From a virus (Duplodnaviria; Heunggongvirae; Uroviricota; Caudoviricetes): 5,507 nucleotides of DNA. Both the position numbers and the translations under genes were made by a program. This document shows, piece by piece, positions 5,417 to 5,507 of the stretch. Where the stretch lies: IMG/VR virus record IMGVR_UViG_3300028485_000059, positions 1 through 5,507 of that record; one strand, 5' to 3'. The first letter of the stretch is position 1; every line of letters begins with the position of its first letter. The notes beneath the pieces were generated by a model. It searched no databases, was not told the origin of the DNA, and was given only the letters and a program-made list of their open reading frames with translations.

Positions 5417-5493
5417 TGGCGTGGCATGCAGGATTCGAACCTGCGACCAACCGCTTAGAAGGCGGTTGCTCTGTCCAGCTGAGCTAATGCCAC
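5417..5493 (-). tRNA. tRNA-Arg (anticodon UCU), 77 nt including encoded CCA
   Basis: Reverse complement folds as a cloverleaf: acceptor GTGGCAT/ATGCCAC (7 bp), D-arm GCTC…GAGC, anticodon stem ACCGC/GCGGT with loop CU-UCU-AA, T-arm GCAGG-TTCGAAT-CCTGC, discriminator G, CCA. T-arm matches enterobacterial argU as recalled, but the acceptor and anticodon stems differ. Confidence 0.85.
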
Positions 5494-5507
5494 AACGCTG
5501 AGAGCAC

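Noticed and set aside
5236-5487. + strand 83-aa ORF
   Set aside because: Overlaps the tRNA gene and both - strand terminators; almost certainly spurious.
1-5507. CRISPR array, insertion sequence or transposase, integrase
   Set aside because: No regularly spaced direct repeats, no terminal inverted repeats flanking a transposase-like ORF, and no ORF with integrase or recombinase motifs were seen.

Overview
This 5.5 kb window reads as a phage-derived (prophage or satellite-like) segment of an enterobacterial-type genome. All calls rest on reading the sequence and recalled family motifs; no database search was run. Bases 1-2645 (+ strand) carry a tightly packed, translationally coupled operon of small accessory genes typical of lambdoid early/nin regions: an Ead/Ea22-like protein, a DUF551 protein, an ASCH/PUA-like protein, a Cys-rich putative regulator, and three unassigned small ORFs. 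A ~117 bp regulatory leader follows (12-bp perfect palindrome, intrinsic terminator, two tandem dyad sites), then terminase small (2763-3359) and large (3356-4831) subunit genes. No lysis cassette and no portal or head genes flank the terminase pair. After terL the + strand operon stops at a bidirectional terminator next to a second exact copy of the palindrome. The right end is transcribed on the - strand: a tRNA-Arg(UCU) with a non-standard acceptor stem (5417-5493), two tandem intrinsic terminators, and a terminator-flanked DUF2829 gene (4922-5218). DUF2829 is, as I recall, the family of the anti-Thoeris protein Tad2, so this gene is the best candidate for a counter-defence cargo gene. No integrase, att site, CRISPR array or IS element is visible.
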